A stretch of DNA of 64,000 bases from contig CAXXSR010000001.1 of assembly GCA_963662615.2 (NCBI GenBank), forward strand, positions 128,001-192,000, in the 5' to 3' direction. The notes under the pieces were generated by a model, which was not told the DNA's origin, searched no databases, and saw nothing but the letters and a program-made list of their open reading frames with translations. Position numbers and translations under genes: made by a program. The DNA is from Dehalococcoidia bacterium (GTDB lineage: Bacteria > Chloroflexota > Dehalococcoidia > Bin125). Below are positions 58,781 through 64,000 of the stretch, piece by piece; position 1 is the stretch's first letter; the number at the start of each line of letters is the position of its first letter.

Positions 58781-59545
58781 TCAGTCTGACCCGACAAGAT
58801 GTGTCTGGAAGAACGCGAACAGCTTCTGCCAGCCATCCACCGCCTGCTCCTGCCGATACATCGGCCGGTCATAGTAGAAGAAGCCGTGTCCCGCTCCGTC
58901 GTAGATGTGGAACTCGTACGCCTTGCCATGTTTCTTTAACTCCTGCTCGTGCTGCGCGACCTGTTCCGGCGTCGGAGATTGGTCGTCCGCGCCGAAGAGG
59001 CCCAGCAGGGGACAGGAGAGGTCGGCCGTGTAGTCGATGGGAGCGACCGGCTGTTTGGGGCTGAGATCCTCCTGCGCCATCACCACGCGACCGCCCCAGC
59101 AGTCGACCGCCGCGTTGAAGCCCTGCGATCGGGAGGCGGCAAGAACCGTTTGGCGGCCGCCCGAGCAGGTGCCCATCACGCCGACCTTCCCGTTGAGGTA
59201 GGGGAGGGAGCGCAGGAAGCGCATGCTGCCCTCAGCATCGCCGACGACCTGGTCGTCCGGAACACCGCCCTGCGCGCGGACCGCGGCGGCGACGTCCTCG
59301 GGGGTCCCGTGCCCCTCGCGGTGATACAGATTCGGGGAGATGGCCACATAGCCATGGTGGGCGAAGCGGCGCGTCGTCTCCCTGTACCACTCGTCCCAGC
59401 CGGGGATGTGATGGAGGAGAACCACGCCGGGAAACGGCCCGGCGCCCATGGGCCGCGCGAGGTAGGCATAGATCGCATCGCCCCCGTGGCCCGACACGGT
59501 CGTGGTCTCCGCGATCATGCCTTCGTACGAATCGGTTCGGTACAA
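58781..59545 (-). CDS. Dienelactone hydrolase family protein
   Basis: GTCSGG nucleophile, GADD, AGHGF; TTG start after AAGGGAGG. Confidence 0.9.
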   Translation of the reverse strand: MYRTDSYEGMIAETTTVSGHGGDAIYAYLARPMGAGPFPGVVLLHHIPGWDEWYRETTRRFAHHGYVAISPNLYHREGHGTPEDVAAAVRAQGGVPDDQVVGDAEGSMRFLRSLPYLNGKVGVMGTCSGGRQTVLAASRSQGFNAAVDCWGGRVVMAQEDLSPKQPVAPIDYTADLSCPLLGLFGADDQSPTPEQVAQHEQELKKHGKAYEFHIYDGAGHGFFYYDRPMYRQEQAVDGWQKLFAFFQTHLVGSD

Positions 59546-59937
59546 ATGGAGCCTCCCTTGCTTGTCCCTTCGATCCGTCCCAACAGGCGGGCAACCGGCG
59601 AGACGCGCCCCAGCCTTCCAAGCGGCGGCCCAGCGCATCCCCCTGCGCCCACGGAGTTCACGGCTCCGTGCGGCTTGCGGTCGCAGGCCGTACCGACTGG
59701 CATTCTAGGCGATGCGATCGTCGATGGAGCGCGTTGTTCCGAGGAGAACTCGCCGCGGGTCCTTTCCACGTCGGACTGGGCGAGTGGCTGCCTGGACCCA
59801 CGGGGTGATCCGCACTGCCCACAGGGAGCGCGGCCAGGAGGGGTAGCGACCCCCAAATGTCAGCGAGAACTCGGGGAGGCGCTCGCCTGTTGGGCGGCGA
59901 CGTAGGTCGAACTGCCCGGGCGACCCGGAGGGCCGCG

Positions 59938-60960
59938 TCAGTTCGGCAGGAAGATGCCCTTGCCGGTCGTCTGGCTGTCGAACAGCTTGTAGGCCTGCTC
60001 GGCCTCCTCCAGCTTGAAGCGGTGGGTCAGCAGCTTGGGCAGCGGCAACTCGTGGTCAATGACGAAGCGGGCGCACTCCGCCTGCCCAACATTGCTGAAG
60101 GTCCATGACCCGTAGATCGTCAGCTGCTTGTGGATGATGTCGGGGCTGATGTCGAACGTGGTCGTGTTCCCCTCGCCCACGAAGCAGACACGGCCCCAGT
60201 GCGCCGCGCTCTTGACGGCGTTGACTCTCGCCTCCGGGTTGCCGGTGCAGTCCAGGGTCGTCTGGGCGCCCTCACCATGAGTCAGATCCTGGATCGCTTT
60301 GACCACGTCTCCTTCGCGCGCGTCCAGGACCACGTCCGCCCCGAAGTCGGCGGCAAGGCTGACACGCTCGGGGACCGGGTCGATGGCGATCACGCGGGCG
60401 CCCATCGCCTTTGCCAACATCGTGGCGCTGAGGCCCACGGGACCTTGACCGAAGATTGCGAGCGTGTCGCGACCGGAGACAGCCAATCGGGACAGGGCGA
60501 CGTACGCCGTGGCCGTGCCGCACGAGATCGACGCCCCCTCCTCGAAGCTCAGCTCGTCCTGAAGCGGGACCAACATGTAGGGGTGCACCAGCATCATTGG
60601 CGCGTGCCCCCCGTTCGCGGTGGACCCGTAGACCTGGTGGCCGTAGAGGCACATCTGCGTGTAGCCGACCTGGCAGTGCTTGCATTCCCCGCAGCCGCTG
60701 TAGTGGTGCACCATGACGCGCCGGCCGATCGGCGCTTCTTCTTCCAGGACGGCCGACCCGCGCGCCAGGACTACGCCGCAGGGCTCGTGGCCGCGCACGA
60801 TGGGACGGAACGCCTCCGTGGGCGCTCGATAGCCCGTCAGGTCGCTGCCGCACATGCCGGACGCCCTGATCTCCACCACCACTTCCCGAGGCCCGGGCGC
60901 CGGATCCGGGAAGTCGCGCAGCTCAAGGTTGCGCTCACCGAGAAAGACAACGCCACGCAT
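59938..60960 (-). CDS. Zinc-binding alcohol/polyol dehydrogenase (MDR)
   Basis: CGSD, GHE, CGECKHC...C, GQGPVG. Confidence 0.93.
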   Translation of the reverse strand: MRGVVFLGERNLELRDFPDPAPGPREVVVEIRASGMCGSDLTGYRAPTEAFRPIVRGHEPCGVVLARGSAVLEEEAPIGRRVMVHHYSGCGECKHCQVGYTQMCLYGHQVYGSTANGGHAPMMLVHPYMLVPLQDELSFEEGASISCGTATAYVALSRLAVSGRDTLAIFGQGPVGLSATMLAKAMGARVIAIDPVPERVSLAADFGADVVLDAREGDVVKAIQDLTHGEGAQTTLDCTGNPEARVNAVKSAAHWGRVCFVGEGNTTTFDISPDIIHKQLTIYGSWTFSNVGQAECARFVIDHELPLPKLLTHRFKLEEAEQAYKLFDSQTTGKGIFLPN

Positions 60961-61075
60961 TTCCTTACTCCCTTTCAGCGCTCCTGGACCGACGACTCGG
61001 CGCGACGGCTACTGGTCGCCAGGCGGACGTCTGCGCACGCTCGCGCTTCGCCCTAGCACACTCGCGGTTCCCGGA

Positions 61076-61201
61076 GATCGAAGCAGGAGAAGGGGCCCGA
61101 ACCCTCTACCCTCTGCCTGGGAAGTCGGAAGCGAGACGCGCTGTGCTTCTCCCTGGAGGGTAGCAGGAAAGGTTGTCGAGTTCGGGTGTGAGATCGCGCC
61201 T
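61076..61201 (-). repeat. About 128-bp tRNA-Gly(CCC)-derived repeat, copy B
   Basis: Reverse complement aligns with 44514-44641 (...TTTCCTGCTACCCTCC...CTTCCCAGGCAGAGGG...GGTTCGGGCCCCTTCTCC). Confidence 0.8.
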
Positions 61202-61311
61202 CGCGACAGTCTAAACATTTGATTTGTCCCGTCCTCCATAGTCCGCAGTCGTCCGCGTTGGCGGCGACCTCTCGGGCTGCTCGCCGGCGGCCGTTCGGGG
61301 AGTTCTGGGCG

Positions 61312-62727
61312 TCAGCCGCCGCTGGTCCCCAGCGCGTCCCCGTCCGCCGCCGGCACATCCGCGACGGTGACATGGGGAAAGGCGCTGCGATAGGAGAACC
61401 AGTACGCCGTGCGCGTGGGCAGGGGCGCCAGCTGCCGGCCCTCCAACGGTCCCGCCACTGCCTGCCCGCTGAGGGTCCAGAGGGATCCCGTCTCGCGGTC
61501 GCGGTAGGCGTCCCCCTCGGCGTCGAAGGTAAGGCGCTGCCCATCCGCGGTGGAGTCGAAGGCGGCGGCGGTGGGCCCGCGGGCGGAGGAGAAGACAACG
61601 ATGGCCCGGCCGTCGATGTCGTCGTTGACCGCTGCGGTGCCTAGCCGATCGAGCGGATAGGCGCGCGCCGTCTGGCCAATCTGCACGCCCAGCACCAGCT
61701 CCGCCAAATCAAGCCTGGTATCGGCGAGGACATCTGCATCAACGGGGGAGGGGAGACGCCCGGCGTTGACGAGCGCCTTGTACGAGGAGGATTCGTCGTC
61801 GCTGTAGTCGCTGCCGAAGCCCGTGTCGGTACTGAGCGCCAGCGTATCCGGATGCAGCTGCCGCCATGTCGCCCAGGGGGCCAGCTGCGACGGCAGCGCC
61901 TGCAAGCGGCTCCCCGTGAGCGTTCCCAACACCGCCTCCCCGGCCGTCTGGAACCAGTAGGAGTTCGTCTGGCGGTCGAACATCACCAGGTCGTTCTGGT
62001 GGAGCGCATGGGTGTTGCCGAAGGTCAGCGCCCGTCCCTCCACCACGCGGTCGTACACGGCCGCGCTGTGGCAGAGCGGGCAGTAGGTGATGAGGACGGC
62101 GCGGCCGCCCAGCGTGTCGTTGACGATTTCGTGCCGTCGCAAGATGGCGAGGGGGAACGCGTAGGGCCGGCCGTCTTCTGCAACGTAGCCCAGGACGGTC
62201 GCCCCGTCCGTCAGGAATCCGGCCTCCGCCGCCGGGACGTAGCGAACCGCGCCGACGCGCGCTCGGGCGGCCGGGGGGAGAAGATGGCGGGCGGCGTCGA
62301 GCGGGGGGATGGCGTCCACGAGGGAGCGGATGAAGTCCTCGTCGGCCTCGGCAAACGAGACGTGGGGCCCATCCGAGAAGCCGAACTGGATATCCGCGAG
62401 CTCCACGGAGCGAATGCTCGTATCCACCCCGGCAATGATTCCGCGACTGCCGTCATCAGCGGGGGCCGCGGCCGCCGCCGGCGCCGGGTCGGGCGTGGCA
62501 CGCTTGACCTCGGCAACGCGAGGGGCTTGCTCCGCCGGGGCCGGCGATCCAGGGGTGCCCCCCGTCGTGTCGGTTGGCGTGACGCTGCCGGCGGCCGCTG
62601 CGGGGGTGGCGGCGATGTCGGTGGGAAGAGCGTCGTCGCCCTCGCCCTCGCCTGCGCAAGCGGCCGCTGCCAGCCCGGCCGCGATGCAGAGGACGGCGGC
62701 GCCCGTCCAACGCCGGCGTGGTGGCAC
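61312..62727 (-). CDS. DUF3179 family exported/lipoprotein
   Basis: AAAC lipobox; DAIP, HEIVND, TYCPLC, MFDRQTNSYW, DRETGSLW, YWF. Confidence 0.85.
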   Translation of the reverse strand: MPPRRRWTGAAVLCIAAGLAAAACAGEGEGDDALPTDIAATPAAAAGSVTPTDTTGGTPGSPAPAEQAPRVAEVKRATPDPAPAAAAAPADDGSRGIIAGVDTSIRSVELADIQFGFSDGPHVSFAEADEDFIRSLVDAIPPLDAARHLLPPAARARVGAVRYVPAAEAGFLTDGATVLGYVAEDGRPYAFPLAILRRHEIVNDTLGGRAVLITYCPLCHSAAVYDRVVEGRALTFGNTHALHQNDLVMFDRQTNSYWFQTAGEAVLGTLTGSRLQALPSQLAPWATWRQLHPDTLALSTDTGFGSDYSDDESSSYKALVNAGRLPSPVDADVLADTRLDLAELVLGVQIGQTARAYPLDRLGTAAVNDDIDGRAIVVFSSARGPTAAAFDSTADGQRLTFDAEGDAYRDRETGSLWTLSGQAVAGPLEGRQLAPLPTRTAYWFSYRSAFPHVTVADVPAADGDALGTSGG

Positions 62728-63034
62728 GATCCGTCCCTCCGGACGTCTCCGTCGCCGCTGCCGGCGGCTCCTGCGGCGGAACGCGCCGACGGTGCGCAAG
62801 GCGCGATCGGCGACGGTGAAACATGGGCTTTCGCACACGGAACGTAGCAGACGCTGCCAATTGTCTGGCGAGCGGGCGGGGGCGCCAGGTCAGTCGTGGC
62901 GATCCCTGCCACAGCCGCCGGTCAGTAGCTGCGTCGAACGGCGGAGAGTTCCTCAATACCGGGGCGTAGAAAGAACGGAAGGCCGGTCCGCTACGGACCG
63001 GCCTTCCCTATTCTCCGACAATCGGAGGCCGAGA

Positions 63035-64000
63035 TCAGGGCATTTCAATGTCCGGGAGCGCGGCCGGAAGGCCCGGCTCCGGGTCGTACCACTGACAGGT
63101 CATATCGGCCTTCGTTTCCCCGCCGGCTGCGTGGCACAGCTCAAAACCGTGCTCCACGATGTGACGGCTGTCGAAGTAGATCTCGCCGTATGGCCCATCG
63201 AAGCGGACGGTCTCAATGTACGCCGCAATGGCGTCGGTGTCGGTCACCGTCCCGGTGTTGACCCAGGCTTCCGCGAGAACCTTGATGTAGGGGCCGGTCA
63301 TGAGCGCGTGCCCGACAATGGAGCCTCGCTCGCCGCCAGAGGCGCGGAACCGGTCCCAGTACTCGTTGACGTTGGCCAGGCCCGATTCCCAACAGGCCAT
63401 CATGCAGGCGAAGACGATGGACTTCTCGTACCCGTTCGGGAACGAGTCCAGAAGTCAATGGGGTCGAGGGCATGCAGATAATAGGCGTCCGCGGCGTCCA
63501 GCTCGGCGCCAACGCGGATCATCTCATACATGTCCGTCGCGATGTACCAGAGGAAGGCGACGTCCGCGCCCGCTGCCTTGACCTGCGTCATGAAGGGCGC
63601 GAAATCGGTCGTGCCGGGCGGGTAGAGGATAACGTCCAACGGCTCGCGGCCGGCTTCCCGCTCCGCCCACACCCAGAACGGCGGGGCGGTCTGCCCAACG
63701 GCGTCGTTCGGGATCAAGAGCACGGAGGTCTTGGCCTCCGGGATGTAGTCGGACACCGCCTGCGCGAAGATCGTCTCCTTGACGATGTCATTCGGGTGCA
63801 CCTTGAAGAGGTAGTGCTTGCTGCCGCCGAGAGCCGCGCTCTCGGTAGTCAGGTAGGTCTGGTGCGCCGTGGAGCCGGAGAACATGATGACGCCCGCCTC
63901 GTTCGTGATCTCCTGCGTGAGGACGGCGTAGTCATCGAACATGGGACCGACGATGTACTGCACCTCAAGGTCCCGGACCAGGTCGATCACCGCCGGCACG
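63035..64000 (-). pseudogene. Branched-chain ABC substrate-binding protein with a 1-nt frameshift near 63450; 5' end outside the window
   Basis: ...LDPIDF then LDSFPNGYEKSIVFACMMAC in the next frame; PPGTTDFAPFMTQVKA. Confidence 0.75.

Noticed and set aside
61312-62727. DUF3179 protein as a selenoprotein
   Set aside because: The motif is plain CPLC with no in-frame TGA.

Overview
GC-rich (about 68% by eye) bacterial window of accessory catabolic genes. It holds luciferase-like monooxygenases, SDR/MDR/D-2-hydroxyacid dehydrogenases, amidohydrolases, an enolase-superfamily enzyme, a GMC oxidoreductase, a tungsten-type AOR, MFS transporters and orphan branched-chain ABC parts. The gene content, ACGDDD-type lipoproteins, GWNLV C-terminal repeats and leaderless promoters suggest Chloroflexota (Dehalococcoidia/SAR202-like); this is inference only. 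No rRNA, intact tRNA or CRISPR array was seen. Two things stand out. (1) The intergenic DNA is a mosaic of recombination-related relics. There are about 16 copies of a 38-40 bp palindrome (consensus GAACTCTATGTCGGACAG-NN-CTGTCCGACATAGAGTTC), all in the first 33.5 kb. There are also at least 8 orphan TGT-type IS termini, two tyrosine-integrase 3' tails, four tRNA-Gly(CCC)-derived fragments and many truncated genes. Together these may be a cassette-like gene acquisition/shuffling system. (2) An 8-gene corrinoid methyl-transfer operon (33475-40731) encodes a split methionine synthase, an MtaA/CmuA-family methyltransferase, a RACo/ASKHA activase and three proteins of unknown function, plus relics of a deleted metF and of a second methyltransferase gene. 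All family calls are from motif recognition by eye, not database searches.
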